Shown here: in pieces, positions 50,298-62,772 of the stretch
How positions within the stretch are numbered: position 1 is the stretch's first letter
Layout of the letters: every line of letters starts with the position of its first letter
Assembly: GCA_965153285.1 (NCBI GenBank)
Contig: OZ229118.1
Length of the DNA stretch: 64,000 nucleotides
Strand: one strand, 5' to 3'
Source of the DNA: Podarcis tiliguerta
Lineage: Eukaryota
Notes under the pieces: generated by a model
What the model was told of the DNA's origin: nothing
Seen by the model: only the letters and a program-made list of their open reading frames with translations
The model's database searches: none
Made by a program: the position numbers and the translations under genes

Positions 50298-50894
50298 ATC
50301 AATGGACTCACTAGTTTCCAGGGCAGTAAGAGGCCACATGGTTACACGGGGACTCCATTGATGCTTGACAGGAAGTTACCAGAGTAGCTTCTGCTTTCAA
50401 TAACACTGGCTTAACTCTAAAATAAAATCCAGCAATGCCGGGGGTAAATTTAAAATTAGTGATGAAAATGTCTTAGTACCACTGCTTCCTTCAGGTGACT
50501 TCATGCACCATTTTCACAATGTGCATCTAAATATGAAATGTCATAAGAAAAGCAATACCACTTTGAAATACAATATGAGTGAAGAGGCATATAAATGCTT
50601 CAAATGCCCCCCTGGGGGGACATTTAGTTCTGTCCAGTCCCAACATACATATGATGTTGAATTTTCAATTAATTTTCCTTGTTTCATCCTGAGTCAAAGG
50701 CTGAAATATCTGACAAAGCTTATCCCCAGCCCCTCCAAAAATCTGCTTCAGCTTTGTATTATCTTAATCTATCAACTTATCTTAACCTATCAACTTAACT
50801 ATTCCATCAAATCCAAAACACATTACATTGAAGTAACTCTAATTGAGTTTAGTGAAATACACACCTTTGGAAATGTCTAAGTCTGCAGCCTATA

Positions 50895-51272
50895 AAGGTA
50901 AAGGTAAAGGGACCCCTGACCATTAGGTCCAGTTGCAGACGACTCTGGGGTTGCGACGCTCATCTCGCTTTACTGGCCAAGGGAGCTGCCGTACAGCTTC
51001 CGGGTCATGTGGCCAGCATGACTTCTGGTGAAGCCACTTCTGGTGAAACCACTTCTGGTGAAACCAGAGCAGCACACAGAAACACCATTTACCTTCCCGC
51101 CAGAGCAGCACCTATTTATCTACTTGCACTTTGATGTGCTTTCGAACTGCTAGGTTGGCAGGAGCAGGGACCAAGCAATGGGAGCTCACCCCGTCGTGGG
51201 GATTTGAACCGCCAACCTTCTGACTGGCAAGCCCTAGGCTCTGTGGTTTAACCCACAGCACCACCCGCATCC
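50895..51272 (-). mobile_element. Sauria SINE, subfamily 2, with internal triplication
   Basis: TSD CTGCAGCCTATA at 50883-50894 and 51273-51284, (ACCTTT)n tail. Confidence 0.95.
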
Positions 51273-51356
51273 CTGCAGCCTATACCCATTCCTAATTTCA
51301 GTGCTTTTCAGAATACTTTTAGCCAACACTAGGAAACATGTTTGTGTGCTTATATA

Positions 51357-51713
51357 CAGTGGTGCCCCGCAAGACGAATGCCTCGCAAGACGGAAAACCC
51401 GCTAGATGAAAGGGTTTTCCGTTTTGGAGGTGCTTCGCAGGACGAATTTCTCTATGGGCTTGCTTCGCAAGACGAAAATGTCTTGCGATTCCTGGGGGTT
51501 TTTTCCGCTCCCCACCCGCTTTTTCTAAGGCACTAAGCTGCTAATAGCCTTTTAGCAGCTAATCCGCTAATCCCTTAAGCCTTTAATAGCCGCTAATAGC
51601 CGCTAAACCGCTAATAGCGCTAATCCGCAGATGTGCTTGCTTCGCAAGACGAAAAAACCGCAAGACGAAGAGACTCACGGAACGGATTCTTTTCGTCTTG
51701 CGAGGCACCACTG
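51357..51713. mobile_element. pogo/Tigger-type MITE, family A, inverted relative to 22828
   Basis: TA TSD and the same TIRs. Internal CGCTAA repeat tract. Confidence 0.92.
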
Positions 51714-53032
51714 TACAATGAACTTTAACTATTGGGAAGACTCCAGATTCTCCAGGGTGAAAGAAGTAACTGAACACACACAGCCACACACACATACACC
51801 TACAAATCTAAACACTGACTTCATAATATTGAGGGATTCAGCTAAGCAGCTCCTTTTCCAAGGGCAAAACTGCAGCTTTCAAATTCAGTGCACAAAATAC
51901 CACACTTCCCTACTTATCCCATTCTGTGTACGTTAAAAACAAATCAACTGCCTTTAAAGGTAGGCAGATGTGGCACTGGGAGGAGAGGGAAATGAGGAAA
52001 GGCGAGTATGTCAATAATTGTTCTGTCTGGAAATGGTTAAGTAGACAGCAAACACTAGCCCATCTTATTTCATTCCAGTTTATTATTATTATTTTTTTGC
52101 AAGCTCGAAGTCAAGGCACCACTTCATGAGACCCAAACACTGAGGTACAGAAGCTGGAGCAGGAAGAATCTATGAACTCCCCACTCCCCGACTTGATAAC
52201 TGAAGTGTATCATCACTGAATGTTCTTCTGTAATGGAGCCAAAATATGGCTACTTCCATTTTCCACACCCAAACAGGCTTCTGTCTGCAGAGGAACTGAA
52301 CATTCCACTCCAAACATTTCTCCAAATCAAACAGAACCATTAAATGTGAAAAGTGAGATCAATGGCAATGGTGCAAGCCCAGCTAACTTACACAATTTCT
52401 TTTGTTTTTTAAAGACACAGTGTAACTGTCTAACACAATTTGCTGGATGAAGATGCAAAACAAAATGGAAAGCTACAGAATATATTGATTTCTTGGGTTG
52501 CATTGGCCAGGTCCACGCATCACAGCAAGTCATACATTATGTCTTACTGGGCATGAGCAAAATCTTGCCTGCTTCAATCTTCCCCAATTGTACAGGGAGG
52601 AACTGCTGGCTACACAGAGAGTCTTAACCATACCTAGACAGTAGGCTATGCTGTGAAATTATTATTGACTATTATGCTGTAAATGTTTATGTGCATGGTC
52701 ATCTAAACCTATTTCTAAAACATTCTGTGCTATTCAGAGAATCCAAATCTGATTGAGAAATGGTATACAGACAGAAAGCGAGTCTATAAAATATTTTTGT
52801 AGAGCATTAGGATTTGCTGAAGACCCAAATGTCAATGTGGTTCACCAATTTCCTTTGGTCCTTTAAGATGTGGCTTCATTTTAGAAGAGTATTTTTAATG
52901 TTTACAGGGTTATTTCATTTTGGGGGTAATATTTTCCCTTCTTCCTTTTAATAGACAATGCAGACAGCAGAGATCAACTATCCCAGCTTGTATCTAAGCG
53001 CTAGCCTGGTAGCCACACGGGAAAAGAAGCTG

Positions 53033-53185
53033 CATAAGAACATCCTGTTCTCAGTGGCCAGACAGAGGCCAGGAGGCGAGTGAAACAGAACCTCTCTCCA
53101 TTGGCAATTCCCAGAAACTGGTATTCAAAGCATACAGATTTCAACAATGGAGGCAAAACACAGCCATCATGCAGGTGGATGCATT
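53033..53185 (-). mobile_element. CR1-like LINE 3' UTR fragment
   Basis: CATAAGAACATCCTGTTCTCAGTGGCCA...TTCCCAGAAACTGGTATTCA. A related piece lies at about 59265-59365. Confidence 0.55.
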
Positions 53186-53479
53186 AAATTCCATGTAGGC
53201 AATCGAAGGGATTGGCAGAAGAGGGATGCACTACTCAGCCCCACCTCTGTGCCCAGGAGACTTTCAGAGCAGACTGAATTCCCACCTCTCTTCTGCCAAA
53301 CTCTAGCAGACTTGTCTGACTGCATTCATTTATATTGCAGGCTAGTGACTTTTGTGAGCTCATTTACAAAAATGTGCACTATTTTATTTTTTTACTATTA
53401 ATATCCAGATTTGGTTAAATTGTGTAAAATGGTTGCCTCTTTGTTTCCTGAGCCAAATTCAGTGTTAGGGACTTCTACA

Positions 53480-53895
53480 GACCAAGATAGATTAGGAGTC
53501 AAATACTCAAAGGAACACCTCACCCTTTACCAGCCTCACCATGACTTGAAATCTTCTAAGGGAGCTGACTCTTTTCCACATCTCATTGTTAGCGAAAGTG
53601 CATTATGTGGTGATACAAGAGAAGGCCTTCTTGGTGGTGGTGCCCTCCCATTAGCAGTATGCCAGGTGCTGACATTGCTATCACTTGGGCACCTGGTCAA
53701 GACTTGTCTATTGGTGCAGGCATTTTTAAGAGCTTTACTCTTTGACCAGCTCTGCTGCAGTGTGTTTTGTTTTTAGCAGATTCTATTCTGATTGTTTTAT
53801 TGTTATGTTTATATCATGTATTGCACACCCTGCTCTGGGATCTCTATAAATGAAGGGCAGGCCATAAATATTTTAAGGAACAACATAAATAAAAT
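53480..53895 (+). mobile_element. Old L2 LINE 3' end
   Basis: Degenerate LGVKYSKEHLTLY...GGCCTTCTTGGTGGTGG...VKTCLLVQAF, plus tail hairpin. Confidence 0.65.
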
Positions 53896-54799
53896 ATTGT
53901 TGTGGCTCTTTGACTAAACCTCTCCCCCCACCCCTGCCCCAATCCACTGTAGCAATGAATCCCACAGATCACGCAGCCTCTCCCCTCAAATTTTATATAT
54001 AAACTTTTTTTCCCTTTCAGGTTACTGGATCAACTAGATAAACTTCTTCTTGTCTCAGTGCAAGTGCTATGAATTATCACGCCCTAATGTTTTGTTTTAT
54101 GCTGCACCCAATCAATTTTCTGACTGCTCCGTTCCACACAGCAATTCTAGCCCTCTAATCCTGCCGACTCCTAAATGGCTCTTCTTCCTGAACTTCACAG
54201 CCACTGTGGCGTTAAATGCACAGCCAGAATCTGGGTCTACGTTTCCTCCCCAAAGGCTAGCGTTTAATAATTAATACAATGGCCTCCGATTCCACATTCT
54301 GAATTGAACATATGGGAAGCCTCATTCAGACCTCCTCACAAGTTTTAATTTTCCTCAGCATAAAGTATTCCCTGTGCATACAGAGCTCCTAAATAAGAAG
54401 AGCCATTGTTTATTTGTTTGTTTAAAACATTTTACCTTGCTCTTTAGCCAAGAAAGGCTCCTGGAGTGGATTACAATATCCATAATAAGACAGCCCTTTC
54501 ATTCATGACACAAAAGGAAAAAAGGATGGCGATAGGGGAGACACACCAGCTCAACCACCAGCTCTAAGTTACAGTTTCAGAACCCTTCTCCCCAACATCC
54601 AGAGCATTCAAACATGCAGTTGTCTCCTACATTCTGAAACCGTCATTGCATCAGCATAAAAATTACCGGTTTTATTTCCTGAAGCATTCTCCGAGTTGGT
54701 TGCTTTACTCAGTTTACAAATAAGAGCAAATCTTTATGGCATCATGGTCACTACTAAGCAGTGATTTAGCAGTACCAGAGAGTGCTAAATACGGTGGTG

Positions 54800-54866
54800 A
54801 CTAAACAAAATTTTAAAAAATTATTTCCAGTAGCACCCTAGAGACCAACTAAGTTTGTTACTGGTA
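54800..54866. mobile_element. Penelope-like element terminal fragment
   Basis: TTCCAGTAGCACCCTAGAGACCAACTAAGTTTGTT resembles a recalled reptile Penelope-type end. Confidence 0.5.
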
Positions 54867-54984
54867 GGGAGGAAGGCAGGGAGACTAACAGTAGGGGGAG
54901 CCAAAATCAATGACAGGCCGAGCCAACTAATTCTGCTTTTGTTGCCATACTTTTTCATATTGAGTTCAACATGGGCAACGCTCA

Positions 54985-55287
54985 GGTTACATTCACACCA
55001 TACTTTCTAAGTGCTATGATTCTACTAAACAGTAATGGCTTCCCCCAGAGAATTCTGGGAGCTCTCGTTAGTTAAGGCACTCTATTCCCCTTCCAGAGCT
55101 ACAATTCTCTAGTGATTTAACAATCCCTCTTCATAGGGAACTCTGGGAATTGAAGTTCTGTGAGAAGAACAGGGGTCTTCTACCAACTCTCAATGCTCTT
55201 AACAAACTACAGCTCCCAGAAATCTTTGGGGGGAAACCACAACTATTTGAAGTGGCATCATACTACTTTAAATCTATGAATGTGGTC
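54985..55287. mobile_element. Harbinger-type MITE
   Basis: TCA/TTA 3-bp flanks, GGTTACATTCA / TGAATGTGGTC ends, long imperfect palindrome. Confidence 0.7.
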
Positions 55288-55592
55288 TTAGATTAAAGAG
55301 GATAGTCAGTGCCACCCCATGAACTGATAGTAAGGCAGGCAGATGGGGGCTCACTGGGGGCAGACGGAGTTTGGTGGGGCTGGGCCTCATTTATCCTAAT
55401 GGACCAGACTCCGCTGCAGATAAAAGAAGTCTAAGCAGAGTGTGGTTTTATTAAAACAACTCTGGCATCAGGACTCAAAGCAAGGCCTACCAAAACCTTT
55501 CATGGCTGTCAGGCAGGAAGTGAGAACTTGAGTCCTAAGCAAAACCTGGGCTTGGAATGGCTCCAGTTTCTGGTGTGCTAGACTGGCTAGAA

Positions 55593-55839
55593 CAGGGCTC
55601 ATCAACCTTTTTCAGCTGTGTGCCGGTCCACTATCCCTCAGACCTTGTGGGGGCCCGGACTATTTTTTTTTTTTAAAGAACAAATTCCTATGCCCCACAA
55701 ATAACCCAGAGATGCATTTTAAATAAAAACACACATTATACTCATGTAAAAACACGCTGATTCCCAGACCGTCCACGGGCCGGATTGAGAAGGCAATTGG
55801 GCCAGATCCGGCCCCCAGGCCTTAGTTTGCCTACCCCTG
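55593..55839. mobile_element. hAT MITE, uninterrupted sibling of 48921
   Basis: Perfect TSD GGCTAGAA at 55585-55592 and 55840-55847. TIR GTTTGCCTACCCCTG. Confidence 0.92.
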
Positions 55840-57175
55840 GGCTAGAAGAACATGGACTGGGCTCTATGCATATTGTGGAGATGATAAGAGAGTTTGCCAT
55901 TGAGGCAGACAAACCCCAATGTGGGCAAGAGTTCAGGGAATGTTGGGAAGGGAATGTGTGTAATCTTCAGGCCCCCAGGAAATTGCAGAGAAGCAGAGTA
56001 TGGTTTTATTAAAATAACTTTAGAAACAAGTACTCAGAGCAGGGGTTTAGTTCAAGGGTCTTGTTCCCTTCTAAGTAAAATTCCAGTGGGGCACATGGCT
56101 ATGGTAGGCATGGATGCTCTTACTGGTTTTTTAAAAAAGCTCCCAAGACTCTTTTTGGTTAAAGAGTGGGGCATAAGTACTTTTAAAGCAAACACAAACA
56201 TCCTGCTGCAGGCCCCAACACAAATGGAATGGCCAGGGGTGGGGAAAATGGGGCCACGCCTGCAATCTGCATCGCCCAAAACTGTTCATTTAAAACACCA
56301 CGGCAAGATTCCATTTTAACTTGCTACTACCAGTGTTCCTTCAGCTGAACAGTCATTCAAAACATACAGCCTTAGGGAGATGTCTAATGTTACTCATACT
56401 CTGAGTATATCCACCGAAACCAAGAAAATCCACTGCTTTCAGTGGGCCTACTCCAAATATGACTTAAGTGGACGTCACCTTTAGTTTCTGTGTTAATTAC
56501 CAACTTTCTCCATCTACTTCCCTTCTGCCCACCCAGAAGCACTGCAATGTGTTTTAAAGACATGAAAATACCTAATTAAAAAAAAAGAAAAATATGATAA
56601 ACAAGTATAAGACTTAAGAATAAAACAAGGGAAAGCAAAAGCCCTTTTCCCAACCCTACTCCATGCTAAAGCTGAACCAGAGGAGAAACTATGTGAGCCC
56701 CGTTAACCAAATAATTAAAAAAAAGCCCTCCAATTAAAGTGTTACAGTTCCTTTAAATCCCAGAACAAACGGTGCTGCTGCTCATGATCCTGGAGGATGC
56801 AGCGCAATAATTGTCACTTAGCCACTTAACTCCCTGCTGCATGGCTCAGTCACTCATTGTGGTTTATCTCTCAGCCAATTACTGCTGTCATTTGCATTTC
56901 AATGTGTACCATCAGGAGCCAGGGCAGAGGCAACAGCAGAACAGGAAATGGAAGCGCAGCAACTGGTTATTTGGGTTTGATTCAGACAACAATTTTGTGA
57001 TTGGGGGACAGAGGTTTGCTCTCTAGAAATGAATTTGCCTTTGTTGTGCCTCCAGCTTCCTTTCAGGCAGTCTCTGGGGTTGATGGACAAAACGGCAGTC
57101 AAATTTGTGGCGGAATGAAGCAATACAGGTTAAGTTTAGCTGTAAACCTGCTGAAGCCAATGGAAAATCATCTAA

Positions 57176-57263
57176 GGCTACAAATCCAAGGCACATTTTC
57201 ATGGTAGTAAAACCCACTGAACTCAGTGGGATTTACTTCCAAGTAGGCATGCATAAGATTGCC
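57176..57263. repeat. Short (~85 bp) palindromic interspersed repeat
   Basis: Core CCCACTGAACTCAGTGGG. Colinear with the copy at 30600. Confidence 0.7.
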
Positions 57264-57334
57264 CTGGAAGACTGAAGTAGTTGAAAACTGTTCTCAAATA
57301 AAAATAAAATGATGGACTGCATATTCACATTACA

Positions 57335-57512
57335 TTATGCTCATATCTTCCTTACAATGAGCTCAGGGTAGTGTACAAGACAATGTCGTGTCTCAACAAC
57401 CCCCATGAAATATGTTGGGCTGAGAGGGAGTGACCTGCCATGGTCACTCAATGAATTTCATGGCCAAGTGTCTCCTCTGTCCAAGTCCAAAACACTAACT
57501 TCTACACAGGCT
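57335..57512 (-). mobile_element. MIR-like CORE SINE
   Basis: CAACAACCCCCATGAAATATGTTGGGCTGAGAG...TGACCTGCCATGGTCACTCA is a degenerate reverse CORE motif. Confidence 0.6.
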
Positions 57513-58499
57513 CATGCTTATTTATTTCATAAAATTTATACAGTATGCTGCTTGGTTATAGGAAACCCCACAAACTTGGGGAGCAATTTATGATAGGACA
57601 GTGCTTTCATTCCTCTTTGTGTATTGTCATTCAACATTTAAATTGGCTCCCACCATACATGAATATAGTATAAATAGCCCCCTTTTTTTTTAGTTACATA
57701 AGCCTATTTCTCTTTTTATTTAAGTAATTTAAATGTAAGATTTTGTTTGCTTTGTACTTTTAAATGTGCAAGCTGAAATTCACGCTAGCCCACTAGGCAC
57801 AAATATAACCTAGAACACTGCTCTTAAAGCTTCTGCATTCACAAGGTAGCACACAGCTAAAATTTACTGCCAAATTCCAGACATCTCTGTAAACAGCCCA
57901 GATGATTCACAATATTTAGTGTTTAGGGACCAGATTCTTCTTTTACCTAGTTGACAGAAGGAACATTAATCTTCTCCTGCATCTATCAGCAAGCTCACAA
58001 TGACATTCCATCACGATGTGGTCTAGCAGCAGCAAACCAAAGGGAAGGGAGGCACCTACCTATACTAGTGGCATGTCAATGTATTTTTCTCTGTTACAAA
58101 AAACAAACAAATTGGCTATCCAATTTCTGCAGTCAACATGACCCAGATGCTATACAGAACCATCCAATTTAATGGGATCAGGTCCATTTCTTTGGCTTGG
58201 TTCATTAACGATTAGGACAATTCATTCCGAGATACAGGTATTATTAAGCACAAGTGGAATGTTTGCAAAACACTGATGAAGAGCAAAATAAAATGCTACC
58301 CTTCCCTACAGAAAATACGACTGGAAACTGGTCTTGCATCAGCTTGATGCAATCGCACAAAAGTGTTACGCTCAACTGACTGTGCAGATACAAAATCCAA
58401 CCAAAAAAATCTCTAAAAGAAAAATCTGATAGAAAAATGTGGATGACTACAGTTCCCTTCCTTGTGCCACATCCACTTGTTCTAAATAAGAAAGAAAAA

Positions 58500-58785
58500 A
58501 AGGAAGCTGTCTTATACTAGGTCACACAATTTGTCCACCTAGCTCAGTGGGTAGAGCGTGAGACTTTGAATCTCAGGGTTGTGGGTTCAAGTCCCATGTC
58601 GGGCAAAAGATTCCTACACTACAGGGGGGCTGGACTAGATAACCTTTGTGGTCCCTTCCAGCTGTGACTGACAGCAGTTTCCCCGGGCATTAGGGAGTGT
58701 CTCTCATCACTTGTTACCTGGACATTTTAAACTGGAAATACCAGGGATTGAACCTGCATGCAAAGTGTGTACTATTCCATTGAGG
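58500..58785 (-). mobile_element. Squam3-like SINE interrupted by a tRNA-Lys SINE
   Basis: AGGAAGCTGTCTTATACT...TCCACCTAGCTCAGT, resuming at about 58665 GACTGACAGCAG...CCAGGGATTGAACCTG. Confidence 0.7.
58540..58664 (+). mobile_element. tRNA-Lys/CR1-tail SINE, both ends clipped
   Basis: TAGCTCAGTGGGTAGAGCGTGAGACTTTGAATCTCAGGGTTGTGGGTTCAAGTCCC...GGTCCCTTCCA. Confidence 0.85.
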
Positions 58786-59384
58786 GATCCCACCCAATTA
58801 ACCATGACACCCTGACACAAAGTGTCCAGAAATAATAACGCCTAAAAAAGCAAGCAGGTCATGTGTGAAAATCGGTTAACTGAAGGCCAATACAAAACAG
58901 CAATCTTTTCCTGCAGCTTTTTATTAAAATTGGAAAACGTAGATTCAAACCATCAGCTCCCCTCCCCCCGCAACCAAGTATATTGTTTTAGAGAGTCATG
59001 AAGACCCAGGCAAAACTCTGGATTGCCCACAGGCGAAGTTACAGAGTCACTCAGTCACATCTCTCCAGACCACCCTGTTTCTATTTTAGTCCTACCTCTT
59101 AGAGAGTGTCACAGTTAACAGGAAAAAAGGTCATGTGCAAATCTTGTTCAAGCATAGAATCTATGAATTCATGGTCCTAGACTCCCGTCCCAAGGTAACA
59201 TACCCAATGGGCTGTTCCACCAGGAATACCAAAAGCAGAAATAGAAGCTTTATGCTTTTTAAAGGATATAATATAAAGAGCCCTACTAGATCACTCTAAA
59301 GGCCAATTTAGTCCAGCATCCCATAGCCCACAGTGGGCAGCCAGATGTCTATGGGAAGCCCACAATGATGGCTCTGCTCAAAAG

Positions 59385-59490
59385 TCCTAGAACTGTATTG
59401 TGAACCTGCTTAAGTTTCTAATGGTCTTCAAAGACAGCCCCACATACAGGGTGTTGCAGTAACACAGCCTTGACATGACCACAGTCAGAC
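59385..59490 (-). mobile_element. L2 LINE internal ORF2 fragment
   Basis: Translates as VMSRLCYCNTLYVGLSLKTIRNL, matching the L2 SRLDYCN.LY.GLP motif. Confidence 0.75.
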
Positions 59491-60829
59491 CCGCCTTCGC
59501 TAAAAAAACAGGCACAGCTGACTCACCAGCCCAAACTGGGTAAAAGCACTCCTGGCCACCAGTTGTTGGTGACCCCCCCCCCCACCTTTTCCAAAATCTG
59601 GGGCCAGCAAGCAGCTGGTTCTCAAGTCCAGAATCTAACAACACAGTGCACTGTCATCGCTGGCACTGTTTGCAAAAAGCAGGCTGCCTCCATCAGGCAG
59701 AAGGGAAATGCCGAGTGCTTGAGGTGTAAGAATAGGTGAACTTGCTTCTACAAGTTTTGTATGTGCACATCTAATTGCTTCTCTCTCTGAGTAGCATATG
59801 TTTGTCTGTGGTAGGGCGTGAGAGGGTAGAGCAGTGCAAACACTAGAAAATTATTACTTGCTTTCAGGCCTAGTACTATTCAAAAATAGCAATATTCAGG
59901 GCACTTTCCATTAGAAATGGCTCCAAGACCCACAACTCTCTAGCCTGGACTTTACCATGCTGCCCTGACTATTCCAGCTGAAGGAGAATGGCAACATCTA
60001 GCAATTGTTAGCTACAGCTGCTTCCATAATATTCGCAACTGCAAATTACTAATGCTTCCAAGTAGGACACAGAGCCTGTGTATCCAGATCGGCCGGTCTC
60101 TCTAAAAGAAACACACCAAAAACCTGAAAAACAAACTTCCCAATTTCACTTCTAACCTGACCTCAGCTACTCTGAAATGCACAGCTAGATGAGGCAGAAA
60201 CGTGACCTACTAAGTGAGGAGCACAAAGAAAAAAGACCTAAGCAGCTTGAACAAGAGCCTGGAATGAAGATGGGAGGGAGAAAGAATGCAGGAATCATGC
60301 TAGGTGAATTTGCTGACCTTCAGAGGTTATGACAGTAACAGAGTGACATAACATGGGCTGCAGCCAAAAACAGCACAGGCAGCCTTGAGAATACTCCAAG
60401 CAATCATGCTGTTTTTGTTAATACGCCTCAGTCCAAACTGGTCACACTGCTTCGCTTTCCCCAGAACACATAAAGCAGAGCAGAGGCAGCACAAAGGGCA
60501 CCATACCAAGCTAGCTTCTGTTTAAGCATATAGAACACGTCACAGACACACTTACGGGCATGATTCATACATGAATATGCCGGAATAACCACTGTGGATT
60601 TAGGTCTATAAGGCTAAGCTGGGGCGCTGGGTTCCTAATGCAGCAAAACGGAAAATGGCAGCAAGAAAATGGCCTGCCACGTAACTCACTGGCTTAATCA
60701 TCTGGAGCTGTTCACTCTGCTGGTGGTTGTTTTGTGGGGCACATGTACCACTTCCTCTTGATTGTGCGGGTTGCTGTGGTGGGAGGGAGAGAAAATGGTG
60801 GGTGGATTGTCCTACTTTGTAGGGAGTAC

Positions 60830-60965
60830 AATTAGTTCAGTAGTGTGTTTAGGTATGGGAAATGAAGGTTTAAATGCCCCACTTGGTTATGACACTTAAT
60901 GGTTGTCCTGAGGCAAATCACCACAGCCTATGTTACAGAGCTGTTGTGAGGATACTAGGAAGAAT
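60830..60965 (+). mobile_element. MIR-like CORE SINE, degenerate
   Basis: GGTTTAAATGCCCC B-box remnant and TTACAGAGCTGTTGTGAGGAT core. Confidence 0.5.
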
Positions 60966-62772
60966 AAAAATGGCCATTCTTGCCCTCTCAATGCCCCCTC
61001 AAGAAATGAGAGGGTTGCCAACCCATGGCGCCCACAGATGCCTACAGTGAAAACCCCAGGCAGTGGGCCCAGACTCTTTAAAAAAAAAGAATGAAAATTC
61101 AAGGTATGTCTCTAGCATTCCTGAAAGAAAATTATGAAGCAAAGTGTGCAGGTTCTGATTGATCTAAGTGATTTCTGTGAAATGAGTCAAGTTAGCTACT
61201 CCCACCTGCCAGTGTTTTCAGCCAATGAGTGATTGATAAATGTTGTTTAGACACCAAGCTACAGGAATCACTGTGGTCCCAATGGGATATAAATGCAATA
61301 AATAAGCTTCCCACTTAGCTGCTTAAGCAAGCTGGAGGGGCCAGCCAAGTGGAGATGTCAGTCACCATCCTGGCATCTAGGGATCTCCACATGGTCACAA
61401 CTGGACGCACACCAGTCACAAAACCCGTGTGATGTCTGGCTCGTTTCTAGCACTGTCTGAAGCCCGCCACACATACCCTCTTCCTTGTCACAACAGAATA
61501 GAGATAAGAGGGGCAATTGTGTGAGCCCCCTACAATATGATAGATAGGATAATATTTTATATTCACAAAGTATGGTTGTGGAACAGGCAAGTACAAGTTT
61601 GCAGTCTGCACAGCTGTCTTCACTATCTCCCAGTCAGCTTGGAGTATTATATCATTGTTTTGTTTCATGCTGAATGTTGTTTTGCTGAATGATCACTGGC
61701 TCTTGGGATCTAAGCCCTGCTCTTACCTAGGAATGTCATGCTGATAGCGAAGAGCAGTATGCCAAAGGATACAGTCACAAGGAGGCATCTTTGGCAGAGG
61801 AAAGACTGCAGGAGTAGTCCCTTTCATACAAAATGAACTGGAGCTGGCAAGATCACACTGAACTCTGCTCTGCCTCCGAGACCATGAAATAAGTAGATGT
61901 TAACAATGGAGTTCAGCTGAACATACAAGAGGTGACCAAATTAAATATATATGCCCTTAAAACTAGAAACTTGCATCCGGTGGCTCAACTCTATCTGGCA
62001 ATTCTGCAGAAAGAGGGGGCTTGTCAGGTGGAAAGTGTCAATAAGCCATTTTATCACAGATGCAACCCAGCTAACCTGCACTATGGGGAGCATACACTAA
62101 GCATAGTGAAGGGCTTGGAACTTTTTATAGATATTTGGTTAAAATGTGTTGCTACAGACATCTTCCCCAATCTGGAGCCCTCATATGTTGTTGGACTATT
62201 TTTAGGAAATAAAAAATAATTTCTCAAGCTGAAGAGCGATACAAGTATTTCACTGACCCAGAACCCGCACTATTCTCGCTACAGCAGTGGTGGAAAGCCT
62301 GTGGCCCTCAACATACTGTTGTGCCACCTCCCACCAGCCCCAGGCAGCATGGCCAACAGTCAAGGATGAGTTGCAGTCTAACCCCAGTGTTAGAGAAATA
62401 GTATGTATGTGTTATAAAACCTCGGGGTCCTCTGCCAATATTGAGGTGTTGCATCAATGGGAAAGAAACTGCTTTTTTGTTTAATGGAATTCTCTCACCA
62501 AGGCTATCGAGAGAAGAATTCTGATAAACTCCTGTGACGCTATATTTTAAGTTTTGGAAACAGAACTTGCTCCCTCCACAAGTCAATTAATTTTATGTTA
62601 CGTTTGGTAATTTGGAGCAAATAAGTGTCCCATATGATGTAGTGACTAAAGACCTGCATCCAAAAATCTAACTGGCTATTAAAACCAATGTGCAAAATTC
62701 AATGACCTACCATCCAATATTTGGGAAGTCTACTAACCCTTTACGCTCCCTGACTCACAATTTTCCACTCAC

